DNA of 63,764 nt, filler included, from Octopus bimaculoides (GCF_001194135.2; 3 parts of 3 records of this genome joined end to end with filler, not necessarily neighbours in it); one strand, 5' to 3'; counted from the first letter of the whole stretch, positions 12,321 through 24,550 are shown. Translations and numbers: made by a program. Notes: generated by a model from the sequence alone, not told the origin.

Positions 12321-14120
12321 ATATATCTGTCCGTGTTTGTGTTTGACCCTCACCACCACTTGACAACCAGTGTTAGTGTGTTTACACCTCTATAACTTAG
12401 TGGTTCAGCAAAGGAAACTGATAAAATAAGTACCCAGCTTAAAAAAAAAAAAAAAAAAAAAAAGAAATTGTATTCTTGACTGTCATCATTCAACGTCCGT
12501 TTTCCATGCTGACAAACCAGATAATTCTGCTTAGCCATCTTTTTTAATAATTTCAAGTTTAGGCACAAGGCCAGCAATTTTGAGGGGAGGGTGTTTAGTC
12601 AACTCTATTATTTGTCTGTTACTTTATTGACTCTGAAAGGATGAATAGCAGAGTTGACCTTGGCAGGATTTGAACTCAAAACGTAAACAGCAGGTGTAAG
12701 CATGTCAGCATGGGTGAGGAACCTGCTTTCCAACCATGTGGTCTAGGGTTCAGTCCCACTGCACTGAACACTGGGCAAAAGTCTTCTAAAACAGCCCCAG
12801 GGCAACCAAAGCCTTTTGAGTGGATTTTGTAGATGAAAACTGAAAGTAGCCTGTCATATACAGGTGTGTGTGTGTTTGTGTGTGTGCCTATGCGTGTATA
12901 CCGTATCTGCCTCCAACGCTTGACAACTGGTGTTGGTCTGTTTACATCCACATGACTTAGCAGTTCAGAAAAAAATGAACTGACAGAATAAATATCAAAT
13001 TTAGAAAATAATGAGTACTTGAGTAAATTCCTTTGACTAAACTCTTCAAAGCAGTGCCCCAGCTTGGCCAGTGACTGAAACAAGTAAAAAAATGCATGAT
13101 AAAAGAACAAATACTACTATGTAATTTTGACCAATGCTCGGAAGATCCTGCCAAAACCACTCTTTAAATAATTTATTATTCTTTTACTTGTTTTGGTCAT
13201 TTGACTGTGGCCAAGCTGGAGCACCACTTAAAGAAATTGACCCCAGGACTTATTCTTTGTAAGCCTAGTACTTATTCTATTCTATTCTTTTGCCGAACTA
13301 CTAAGTTATGGGGACATAAACACACACATACATATATATATATACGACGGGCTTCTTTCAGTTTCCGTCTACCAGATCCACTCACAAGGCCTTGCTCCGC
13401 CTGAGGTTATAGTAGAAGACACTTGCTCAAGGTGCCACGCAGTGGGACTGAACACGGAACCGTGTGGTTGGGAAGCAAGGTTCTTACCACACAGCCACGC
13501 CTGCGCCTATTACCTAAATAAAAGGCAAAAAAATACAGGGGAAAGGAACAGTCAGTTATACTGTTCGTAATACTTGGCTATTTTTCAAAGAGGCTTACTG
13601 GTAGAATCGTCAGCACACCGAACAAAATGTTCAGCGGTATTTCGTCCGTTTTTTACGTAGAGTTCAAGTTCCGCTGAGGGCAAGTTTGCCTTTCATCAGT
13701 TCGAGGTCTATAAAATAAGCACCAGCTGAGGGCTGTGGTCGATGTAATTGACTGAACCCCTCCCCCGAAATTGCTGGCCTTGTGCCAAAATTTAAAACTA
13801 ATATTTGACTATTTTTACCGAACAAGGAAGAAAGGCAAAACTGACCTCGACGGGACTTGAACTATAAAGAAATTGAATAAATACCGCAAGATATTTTGCC
13901 AAACGCTTTAAAGATTTATCTGTAAATTACCCTGAATTTCCAACATAAGCACCGCAGTAGAAGTTTGAAGAGTACGCCGACCCAAGTACTTGACTGGTCC
14001 TGTAGTTTATCGATTCCGGGCGAATGAAAGACAACGCTGACCACGTCGGGATTTGAAGTGAGATCACAGAAGGCCGGGAGAAATACTGCAATGCATTTTG
14101 TTCGAGGTTTTAACGATTCT
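10250..14120. mobile_element. Dense SINE field. SINE A: 10250-10560, 12124-12450, 12690-13090, 13170-13510. SINE B (Meta-domain-like): 10590-10806, 11460-11980, 12560-12690, 13590-14120. An RTE tail is inserted at 11598-11680.
   Basis: Recurrent blocks gccgaggtcgactttgcctttcatcc (SINE B) and ggttcagtcccactgc..ggcaagtgtcttctactatagcc (SINE A). Confidence 0.8.
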
Positions 14121-15078
14121 GTAAATCCAACGAACATTTAAATGTCGTAGTATTTTAACTATAACCTACGTTAAAACGGCAAGCAATGGTTGGTCAAGAG
14201 TTTTTTGATAAAGAAAAAACAATTAGTAAATTAATAACAACGCTATTAATAATTAGTTGATGAGTAGAAATGAAAATTTTTGGTGTATGTGCGTGAATGT
14301 ATGGATGTGTGTGTGTGTGTGTGTGTCCAACCACTCCAAAAAGAGGGAAGTAACTCTCATTTAAAAACCGGATATTTCTCAATTTGTTTTTGAAAAAAAA
14401 ATAATTGTTTTTAAATTTACCACCAAACACAGTACAATTATATAACTGTTAAAATTAGAATTAATCAATTAGTATACAAACCATATATATATATATATAC
14501 ATTTAGATGATTAGAATAGTAAATAATGAAATGCTATAACAATAAATATTTAAGAGGAAACAACAGTGACCAAGCACCGGTTAAGCTCACCACGTATTTA
14601 CATGATAGAGTGTAAAATTTTCTCAAATATATATACACCTATCTAATATTTACCATTGATAATAATAAATCGATTTGTCCCAGTCGGTTCTTGACAAGCC
14701 ATAAAAACCCATTATTTCATTACAAGAGTTTTAATAACATTTATAGGCTTCTGATGTAACAGTAACCACAAGCATATAAAGGGGGAGGTGCCGGAGGTTC
14801 TTCTCAGTTCCTAAAGCAAATATAAACGTAGTTTCCTGAAGCAATATTACTTCCGATCTTCCACTATACATTATGATTGCATTTAATGTAAACCTAAAAA
14901 CAAAATCTGATAGATATGCTGAACGGGAAAGAGAGAAATATATATAAGTATTTCGTTATTTGGAATGTTTTTAATTTCCAATGGCAAGGGGGGGTTTTTT
15001 ATGCGGACAAATCAGATAATCGGGCATAGATAGTTTCAAAATAGCAACAATAATGGTTTTATAAAACATGCCTCATAC

Positions 15079-15305
15079 CTCTCGATATCGATATATTTTT
15101 TATAAGTCTTCTTCAAAGTTCTCATCCGTTCCTTAACCTGAGGAACTGTCCTCTGAATACCCCTTTCCAATAACTTCTGGCGTATAAGTTCATAAATATG
15201 TCTATTCCTACAACTTTCGAGTCCCTCTTGGATTTCCTCTTCGCCCCAAACATTAATGAGTTCAAATGTCTCGTTGTCGGTCCAATTTTGGCCACGTTCG
15301 GTCAT
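15079..15305 (-). CDS. Second, paralogous Myb/SANT-like DNA-binding domain exon
   Basis: MTERGQNWTDNETFELINVWGEEEIQEGLESCRNRHIYELIRQKLLERGIQRTVPQVKERMRTLKKTYKKYIDIER is about 50/77 identical to the 128-357 exon. Donor GAG|GTATGA after 15079, at the same codon and phase. Confidence 0.85.
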
Positions 15306-15564
15306 TCTTTGGGAGATAGTAGTCAACATGTAATATGCATGTGACTCCCAGCTCACTAACAACAGAGTGTTGCATGATGGGAGTCGTTTAGCCAGGATAA
15401 CTGTTCTTCGCCAATGAATGATATATATACATACACACATACACATATATATATATATATACATAAACATACACACACACATATATAAATATATATATAC
15501 TCATGCGCAACTACACACACATATACACAGACACGCACATACATATATATATATAACAAACGAA

Positions 15565-15618
<54 letters not shown>

Positions 15619-16939
15619 NNNNNNNNNNNNNNNNNNNNNNNNNNNNNNNNNNNNNNNNNNNNNNNNNNNNNNNNNNNNNNNNNNNNNNNNNNNNNNNNNN
15701 NNNNNNNNNNNNNNNNNNNNNNNNNNNNNNNNNNNNNNNNNNNNNNNNNNNNNNNNNNNNNNNNNNNNNNNNNNNNNNNNNNNNNNNNNNNNNNNNNNNN
15801 NNNNNNNNNNNNNNNNNNNNNNNNNNNNNNNNNNNNNNNNNNNNNNNNNNNNNNNNNNNNNNNNNNNNNNNNNNNNNNNNNNNNNNNNNNNNNNNNNNNN
15901 NNNNNNNNNNNNNNNNNNNNNNNNNNNNNNNNNNNNNNNNNNNNNNNNNNNNNNNNNNNNNNNNNNNNNNNNNNNNNNNNNNNNNNNNNNNNNNNNNNNN
16001 NNNNNNNNNNNNNNNNNNNNNNNNNNNNNNNNNNNNNNNNNNNNNNNNNNNNNNNNNNNNNNNNNNNNNNNNNNNNNNNNNNNNNNNNNNNNNNNNNNNN
16101 NNNNNNNNNNNNNNNNNNNNNNNNNNNNTTTTCTTCTTTTTTTGACATAACATTTTAAACCTTTTCATAACTCGAAATAAAAGTAGTTGATTTGATGAAA
16201 ATTACTTGGCTATTCTATTTATGAAAATAAAGTATACAATTTGATATGTATATATATTAGATATCGATATTACTTTTTCGTGTTAGTCATTGGACTGCGG
16301 CCATGCTGGAGCACTTTTTCAATAAACGAATTTTATTTTTATTTGAAATAAATGTGTACAATATATATATATATATATATAATATACATGCGAATATTCT
16401 TCCTCCAATAACATGAAATATGTTTACATAATATTTTTTCATAACTTGAAATAAAAACGTAATTATACATATATATTGTAATCGAAGTATAATTTCATTT
16501 AAAAGTTGTGTATTTTCACAACTTTAAAAAAGATATTTTTGATATATACAGAAAGTATTTTTTTAAAGTTGTGAAAATATACAACTTTATTGTCTTTTAT
16601 TTTTAAAAACTAGGATTTGCAGTTGTTACGACAAACATTTCGTTGTCAAATCAAATCGATCGATAAATATATAATGACAAATGATGGAATGACTTATTAG
16701 ATTTGGCTGATGGATACTTTTCTTGATTTCTTAACTTTTTCGTAATAAATTGTAAATAACGGTCAAGAAATGTCCAAGTAATAAAAGGAAAATTAAAGAA
16801 CTATGCAATTTAATATAAATACTAATTAATTATTAGGTTCTTTTACATAAAGTTTTTCGGCTGTAATAGATGGGAGTGAAACTGTTGTTGTGGTTGTTCG
16901 TCTTTCATTAGTTTTTACGTTGATTTAAATCCTTCATCT

Positions 16940-17275
16940 TTATCTTTTGTTTGTTTCAGTCATTGGACTTCGGTCACACTAGGGCACCACTTTGGAGGGT
17001 TTTAGTCGAACGAATCAACCCCAGTACTTATTTTTTTAAGCTTCGCCACGCAGTCAGTTTACGGGGACGTAAACAAACTAACACCGGTTCCAAGCGGTGG
17101 AGGATAAACACCAAAACATACACCGAAATATACACAGAAAATTTCCAGTTTCTGTTTACCGAATGTACGCACAAGGCATTTGGGCACTCTGAGGCTATAG
17201 TAGAAAATACTTGCCCAAGGTGCCACGCAATGTGACTGAACCTGGTCGGGGGGCAACCTTCTTACCACACACCCA
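16940..17275 (-). mobile_element. SINE A copy
   Basis: Reverse complement of the family A body. Confidence 0.75.
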
Positions 17276-17791
17276 TAATTTCTTATTATTATTATTTCTT
17301 CTTTCCAATATCACAGTGAAATACGCCAATTCTTAATTTTAACGAAGCACCTTGTCGGAGAGAATAATCAGTTTTGTATCGCCATTTACGGTTTCAAATA
17401 CTAGACCGCGGCGACCGTGCTGGAGCACTAACTTCTTTGAGGATTTTTTGGTTGATTATTTCTATCTTCTTCATCTATTTCATGCTGGTTCTTTTCTCTT
17501 TTTTTTTTCTCCCCGATTTCTGCCTCGTAAGGTTTCGTTTCCTTCTGACATTGAGGGAAGCAACTCGATGCACTGTTTTACACAGGTAAGGAACCAGGCA
17601 CATACGTTCGTACGTACGTACATACTTACATGCATGCAAACATACATACATACATACGAGCGTACGTACATACATGCATACACGTGGATACATACATATA
17701 TACAAGTGTACGTTCATACATATATATATATACATGCATGTATACATATATACATACGCTCATACATATAGAGATACACAGACGCATGCGT

Positions 17792-17839
<48 letters not shown>

Positions 17840-18234
17840 TAATCTTCAAGTTTAGGGGGATGAAAAAAATAAATAAAAATATTCAAGGGAAATAACTGAA
17901 CGACTTACCAGTATTATCCGTTTTCTTCTAGCNNNNNNNNNNNNNNNNNNNNNNNNNNNNNNNNNNNNNNNNNNNNNNNNNNNNNNNNNNNNNNNNNNNN
18001 NNNNNNNNNNNNNNNNNNNNNNNNNNNNNNNNNNNNNNNNNNNNNNNNNNNNNNNNNNNNNNNNNNNNNNNNNNNNNNNNNNNNNNNNNNNNNNNNNNNN
18101 NNNNNNNNNNNNNNNNNNNNNNNNNNNNNNNNNNNNNNNNNNNNNNNNNNNNNNNNNNNNNNNNNNNNNNNNNNNNNNNNNNNNNNNNNNNNNNNNNNNN
18201 NNNNNNNNNNNNNNNNNNNNNNNNNNNNNNNNAT

Positions 18235-18560
18235 AGGCATAACTACAGAGTTGTACCCCGCCCCCGACTTTGGAAGGTCATAACTTTCAGAAAAATGAAT
18301 ATTTTTTAATGAAATTTTCTATGCATATATTATTTATTATGTAGATTCCGAATATACAAAATATTTTGGTGAAAGTGTTTTGGAATGGGGGTGGGGGACA
18401 ATTTTCGGAAATACCAACAAAGTCCACTTAAATTCCTCTTAACTTCCAGGAAAATGAATATTTTTTCATGAAATTTTCTTGTCACATGTTTTATAAATCA
18501 TATAAAGCGCTTTTCACCTAATCTTGTAGGATTTTCAAATTTTTGATTTCACCTTCTTTA
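18235..18560. mobile_element. DNA-transposon-like dispersed repeat; a near-identical segment of about 125 bp recurs at 50027-50150
   Basis: ggcataactacagagttgtaccc...gactttggaaggtcataactttcagaaaaatgaatattttttaatgaaattttctatgc is present at both sites. Confidence 0.6.
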
Positions 18561-18679
18561 TATAGTTTTATTGAGTGTGTAGGGGTGGATGCATACATAT
18601 ATACATAAATACAGATGTACATTCACATGCATCTATTTGTACATGTATATACACATGTTTGCATGTAAGTATATATAAT

Positions 18680-18880
18680 GGTTCTAAATTTTGGTAGAAA
18701 GCCAGTAATTTCAGAGGAGGGGGCAAGTCGGTTATATCAACCCCATTACTCAATTAGTATTTATTTTATCGGCCCTGTAAGCACAAAAGGAGGTCAACTT
18801 CGACGGAATTTGAACTCTGAACATAAAACTAGCTGAAATGTTGCTGAGCATTTTCCCATTGGGCTAACAAATCTCTGCAG
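18680..18880 (-). mobile_element. SINE B copy
   Basis: aggtcaacttcgacggaatttgaactc block. Confidence 0.7.
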
Positions 18881-19541
18881 ACAAGATATCAGTCAAGCTG
18901 AAATCAGAGTTCACCAAGCAAAGCTGTACAGTTATTCAATGTGAAAGAAGCCTCTAGACGCGAAGAGGGGGAGTTCTCGATTTTTTTTTTTCCATCCATT
19001 AGGGAGAGGGTACCATTAGATTCTTGTGGGCACAAGCATAACTAGCATGTGTTTTTTTCTTTACTACCCACAAGGGGCTACACACAGGGCAAAATATGTG
19101 GCATCACCAGTAAGATTGACTCTGCTCAGAAAGGGAGATAATCTCTAGAATCTGGTATTCTACAAAGCTGACATAGTTTTTTACCCTTTAGCAGTCAGAT
19201 TTCTGTGTCAAGTGTTATGCTTATGTATTCGCATTGATATGAATTAGTCACACATACATGCATGCATGCATACATACATGCATGCATACATATATACATA
19301 CATACATTTTGTGGCTTTGAAATTTCAATGGTGGGATTACTCTTGTACTTGTTTCAGTTCATTTTTTTATCACTTAAAATTTCAACAAAGGATAAAAAAA
19401 TGAACTTTCCAAATTATAGGAGAATTAATTTTACAATTTCTTTAAAGGACAGTACACACTTTAATATTTTTAATATTTTTTAATATTTTAATTAATATTA
19501 CATATACCATTCGTTCTTAACACATAGATTATAAATCCATT

Positions 19542-19629
19542 CATCTCCGAAGAGTGGAATTATTGATAGTATGCTGATCTTTTGATTACATTGTGATTAC
19601 AATAATATCCGCGAAACGATCGTCAGATG
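19542..19629 (+). ncRNA. Type I hammerhead ribozyme fold (U4C core variant), PLE-type
   Basis: Helix I CATCT/AGATG. Core CCGAAGA at 19547-19553. Helix II GTGGA-ATTATTG/CAATAAT-A-TCCGC. GAAA at 19613-19616. Helix III C-GATC-G. GUC triplet, predicted cut after 19624. Confidence 0.75.
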
Positions 19630-20620
19630 TTTAATTTTTTTAAATTTTAGAATTTTTTTAAATTTTAGACTTTATAATATTCATGCTCAAGTACGCATAA
19701 ATTTTTATATGCATTTATATTCATATGTATCTTTATCTACATTCATATTTTTATATATATTTATATTTATATTTCGTATATTTTAAATTTTAAATTTATT
19801 ATATTACCATGTCATATTGAATATATATCTTNNNNNNNNNNNNNNNNNNNNNNNNNNNNNNNNNNNNNNNNNNNNNNNNNNNNNNNNNNNNNNNNNNNNN
19901 NNNNNNNNNNNNNNNNNNNNNNNNNNNNNNNNNNNNNNNNNNNNNNNNNNNNNNNNNNNNNNNNNNNNNNNNNNNNNNNNNNNNNNNNNNNNNNNNNNNN
20001 NNNNNNNNNNNNNNNNNNNNNNNNNNNNNNNNNNNNNNNNNNNNNNNNNNNNNNNNNNNNNNNNNNNNNNNNNNNNNNNNNNNNNNNNNNNNNNNNNNNN
20101 NNNNNNNNNNNNNNNNNNNNNNNNNNNNNNNNNNNNNNNNNNNNNNNNNNNNNNNNNNNNNNNNNNNNNNNNNNNNNNNNNNNNNNNNNNNNNNNNNNNN
20201 NNNNNNNNNNNNNNNNNNNNNNNNNNNNNNNNNNNNNNNNNNNNNNNNNNNNNNNNNNNNNNNNNNNNNNNNNNNNNNNNNNNNNNNNNNNNNNNNNNNN
20301 NNNNNNNNNNNNNNNNNNNNNNNNNNNNNNNNNNNNNNNNNNNNNNNNNNNNNNNNNNNNNNNNNNNNNNNNNNNNNNNNNNNNNNNNNNNNNNNNNNNN
20401 NNNNNNNNNNNNNNNNNNNNNNNNNNNNNNNNNNNNNNNNNNNNNNNNNNNNNNNNNNNNNNNNNNNNNNNNNNNNNNNNNNNNNNNNNNNNNNNNNNNN
20501 NNNNNNNNNNNNNNNNNNNNNNNNNNNNNNNNNNNNNNNNNNNNNNNNNNNNNNNNNNNNNNNNNNNNNNNNNNNNNNNNNNNNNNNNNNNNNNNNNNNN
20601 NNNNNNNNNNNNNNNNNNNN

Positions 20621-20973
20621 AATTATGGTAAAAATGGATACATAAGGGTGGAAGACCACAGGAACAATACCATATATCCAACACAAGATTTAATATATAT
20701 GTGTATATGTGTGTTCAAATCATTCTAAAATCACTATACCCACTATATGTTAAATCATAATGTATGTTTATATATCGTAATGTATTGTCTTAAATTGTTA
20801 AATATTTTTATACAACTTGGAAACTATGCATGTTTATAAATACTTTTAAATAAATATTTTAAACATTCATGATATTTCTGAAATTTATATCATTGTATAT
20901 GCCTGTATATTTTATCTTACTTTTTAGACATTTTAGAGACTTATATATATTTATTGATTCTAGAATGATTTGA

Positions 20974-21009
<36 letters not shown>

Positions 21010-21066
21010 CAAATCTTGCGTTGGATATATGGTATTGTTCCACCCTTATGTATCCATTCTATAATT
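20621..21066. repeat. Foldback element with imperfect inverted termini of about 70-80 bp
   Basis: aatggatacataagggtggaa...caataccatatatccaacacaagattt (20633-20690) is the reverse complement of 21008-21060, apart from an 11-bp insertion in the left arm. Confidence 0.7.
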
Positions 21067-21152
21067 TGAACTCTAGCTCATGCTGAGCACTTCAACTCTA
21101 GCCCGTTTTTATGTATTGTTATATTAACAATATCTAGTTATACAAAAAATTA

Positions 21153-21188
<36 letters not shown>

Positions 21189-21300
21189 TTCAATAATAGG
21201 ATAAGATCTTTTACAAGAACTTATCAAGTAGCTAGCATGAAAAAACCTCATAAGGGAAAAAATCCATCATTTATTCCCTAGAATATATTTATTTATATTT

Positions 21301-21412
21301 ATATAAGGGCATTACTATAGAAGAATGCCTCACGCTAAACTGCCATAATAAACACATTTTTTATTATGGTAGTTTAGCATGAGGCATTCTTCTATAGTAA
21401 TGCCTCTTATAT
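21301..21412. repeat. Near-perfect palindrome of about 110 bp (MITE-like)
   Basis: atataagggcattactatagaagaatgcctcacgctaaactgccataataaa pairs with its reverse complement around a loop of about 6 nt. Confidence 0.8.
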
Positions 21413-21519
21413 AATTATATATATGTGTGTGTGTGTGTGTGTACATGGATACATATATACATGTGTATATATATGTGTGTAATATATATGTGTGTGTATG
21501 TATATATATATATATGTGA

Positions 21520-21845
21520 ACCATTTTGAGCGTGGCCGTTGCCAGTACCGCCTGACTGGCTCCTGTAGGATTTTCGAGCGAGATCGTTGCCAGTGCCCCT
21601 GGACTGGCTTGTGCGGGTGGCACATAAAAGACACCATTTCGAGCGTGGCCGTTTTCGTGCGGGTGACACGTAAAAGCACCCACTACACTCTCTGAGTGGT
21701 TGGCGTTAGGAAGGGCATCCAGCTGTAGAAACTCTGCCAAATCAGACTGGAGCCTGGTGTTGCCATCCGGTTTCACCAGTCCTCAGTCAAATCGTCCAAC
21801 CCATGCTAGCATGGAAAGCGGACGTTAAACGATGATGATGATGAT
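21520..21845 (+). mobile_element. RTE 3' UTR/tail copy (young subfamily, near-identical to 48361-48605)
   Basis: Shared gttttcgtgcgggtgacacgtaaaagcacc junction. Confidence 0.85.
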
Positions 21846-22139
21846 ATATGTATTTAAGTAAATAAAGTTAGATAAGGCCGGTTTATGGGTTTACCCTAGA
21901 TTTCACGGCATATCATCAGATTTCAAAACCTCTTGGCTTATGGCCTCTCCAGAATATGGAGGAGGAAAGGACCTTGCTACTCAAAGACAATAACAGGCTA
22001 TTGATCACCAGTGACCCTGTAATCCTGTGGGTTCCAATAGGTCAGCAGGAATTCTTGAAATGCCAGCATAGTCTGAAGATCTGTGTTCTGATGTTAAGGC
22101 TCTTTACCTGGGTCAAGAGAATCCTTTAGAATCCTCACC

Positions 22140-22700
22140 CATTCCGTTATGCATAGTGAGCAAACTCGCCTCCATGGGACTGAAAATCACCATCAAGACC
22201 AATCTCACCACTTCTTAGACGTGATGCTGGACTTGGGCTCCGGTACATACAGGCCCTACCACAAGCCAAATGAGAGGTTAACGTATATCAACACAGCCTC
22301 CTGTCACCCACCTATTGTGTTCAAAAAACCTGGTGAAGAGTGTTAGCAAGAGGATCACAAACCTTTCCCCCAGCCAAGAGATTTTTGATGCAGGTGTCCC
22401 CTACTATAATGAGGCTCTAGCTGTTAGCAGATTTAGGGACCACATCTCCTACATACCAGGCCCCAACATCTGTAGAAGGAAGTGCCACAGAATTACCATT
22501 TGGTTTTCGGCACCCCCTCTCTCTTAATATAAAAACGTTGGTAGGTAGGATATTCCTTAAGTTAACAGATAAACATTTCACACGGTCACATAGGTACAGA
22601 CAAATTTTCAACAGGATAACCTTAGGGTCTCTTTTAGCTGTGCCCCCAACATTGAGAGCTTTCAAGTTAGCTCCCCAAGACCATGAGTGGAGGCAGGATG
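22140..22700 (+). mobile_element. Penelope-like element RT C-terminal remnant
   Basis: HFLDVMLDLGSGTYRPYHKPNERLTYINTASCHPP..KNLVKSVSKRITNLS..EIF..VPYYNEAL...IWFSAP...KHF...RQIFNR, frameshifted. Confidence 0.8.
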
Positions 22701-23059
22701 TTCATGCAGGGACCACAACAGATGCTCAGTGAGAGGCAACGGCAAAACCAAGAGAGCCAACCCTAATAATAGCAACAAATCAGTTTTGAATGTGAATTAA
22801 TCTTCACTCTCCTCTTGGTTTTCAATAATATATATGTAGTGGCTTCATGCAGGCAGAGAGTGAATTCAATCCTCGATAGTCAAATTTCACTCAGCAGTTT
22901 AACAGCACTTTAACAGCACTTTTCTCACGGTAAAACAATAGTTTTTCTGTGAGTGACAGTAGTTACATTTACCAGATGCCTTCACTAAGTGGAATAATGT
23001 CATTGCCACTTGACCCTTCTAACTTCTTCCATTTCACCAATGGCTAGAATAGAGATATC

Positions 23060-23820
23060 ACAGGCCTCCAACGAAATCTATTGTTCTCAACAATATGTCT
23101 ATCCTTCTGGCTAATTTTGGATAGTTATAAAAACAAGAACTCCGTAAGCCAAAGTCAGAGAAGGTGGTTTGGTCGTTCTGGATCTAACAATCAGTAGTAA
23201 AACCTTCAGGTTGATCAGCATTTACACTCCTTGTACAACAGGCAAATAGAATGAGTTCTATCGATGCCTGGAGGACTTTCTTGTGACATCAAAGACAATA
23301 GTGATGCTAGGAGACTTTAGCGCTATTCTAGATGCATGCTTGGAGAGCGCTGGCTCGAGTGATAGGAAAGGTTACTCATGCCTCATCAATCTGCTAAAGC
23401 GATTTAGGCTGGCAGATCGATAGACTGGAGAGTCCGAGCATGCCAATGTGGACTTGGAGTAATAACAACGGATCTCTCAGGTCTTGTATAGACAGGATAG
23501 CAGTCAATTCTAGAGACAGGTCCTGTTTTAGTTGTCCACAGTTTACTTATATACCCTACATGGATCACAAATCAGTGACGTGTGGGGTACATATAGAAAA
23601 AGTCCAAAGACAGGGATCTGGCTACTGGAAGTTGAACAAGACCTTATTGGCTTGCGAAACATACTGTAGCCAGATTAAGGAGTTAGTCATGAGGGCGCTC
23701 AATGGTGCTGTGTTAAATTACTGGTGGTGGGATGCCCTCAAAAGAACCATTCGACTTGAGTCTATTAGATTTAGCAAACAGTTAAGTCTAGAACAGGCTA
23801 GAGTAGAAGGGTCTCTGAGG
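23060..23820 (+). mobile_element. L1/Tx1-like LINE AP-endonuclease region, disabled
   Basis: LDLTISSKTFRLISIYTP...MLGDFSAILD...SCIDRIAV...DHKSV...GSGYWKLNKTLL. Confidence 0.8.
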
Positions 23821-23837
23821 CATTTTTATTTAATCAT

Positions 23838-24140
23838 TGTATAACCCCTTAAATGTTTTTGCTTTATCCTTGTGTTGTCACTTTTATATTAGCCCTTTTT
23901 GGCAATAAAAGAAATTAGTGAGAGCAGTGAGTGAACAGACAACTAGAGTCATAACCAGAAGCAGGCAGCCACTAGTTACAACCAGCGACTACACAAGACA
24001 ACTTCCCTCGACTCTCTCACTTTCACTAGCTCACTTTCTTTTCTCTGTAACATTACCATATCTCTCTGAATATACTACTATGAGAACGGTTGAAATTAAC
24101 CCTTTTTACCGTGTATGCTTTTCCATTTACTAGTTACACA
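23838..24140. mobile_element. Possible solo LTR (about 300 bp)
   Basis: Termini TGTATAAC...GTTACACA (TG..CA with imperfect inverted ends) and an internal AATAAA. No TSD found. Confidence 0.3.
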
Positions 24141-24154
24141 TACCAACCCATCGT

Positions 24155-24550
24155 GGTGTGGTAAGTAGCTTGCTTACCAACCACATGGTTCCGGGTTCAG
24201 TCCCACTGCGTGGCACCTTGGGCAAGTGTCTTCTACTATAGCCTCGGGCCGACCAAAGCTTTGTGAGTGGATTTGGTAGACAGAAACTGAAAAGAAGCCC
24301 GTCATATATATGTATATATATATATGTATGTGTGTGTATATGTTTGTGTGTCTGTGTTTGTCAAACCCACCTACCATCGCTTGACAACCGATGCTGGTGT
24401 GTTTACGTCCCCGTAACTTAGCGGTTCGGCAAAAGAGATCGATATAATAAGTACTAGGCTTACAAAGAATAAGTCCTGGGGTCGACTTGCTCGACTAAAG
24501 GCGGTGCTCCAGCATGGCCACAGTCAAATGACTGAAAACAAGTAAAAGAG
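24155..24550 (+). mobile_element. SINE A, near-consensus copy
   Basis: Complete head, body, microsatellite and tail. Confidence 0.85.

Noticed and set aside
128-15305. Intact Harbinger transposon carrying the Myb ORFs
   Set aside because: No DDE_Tnp_4 transposase or TIRs are visible. The exons have splice donors and look like host genes.
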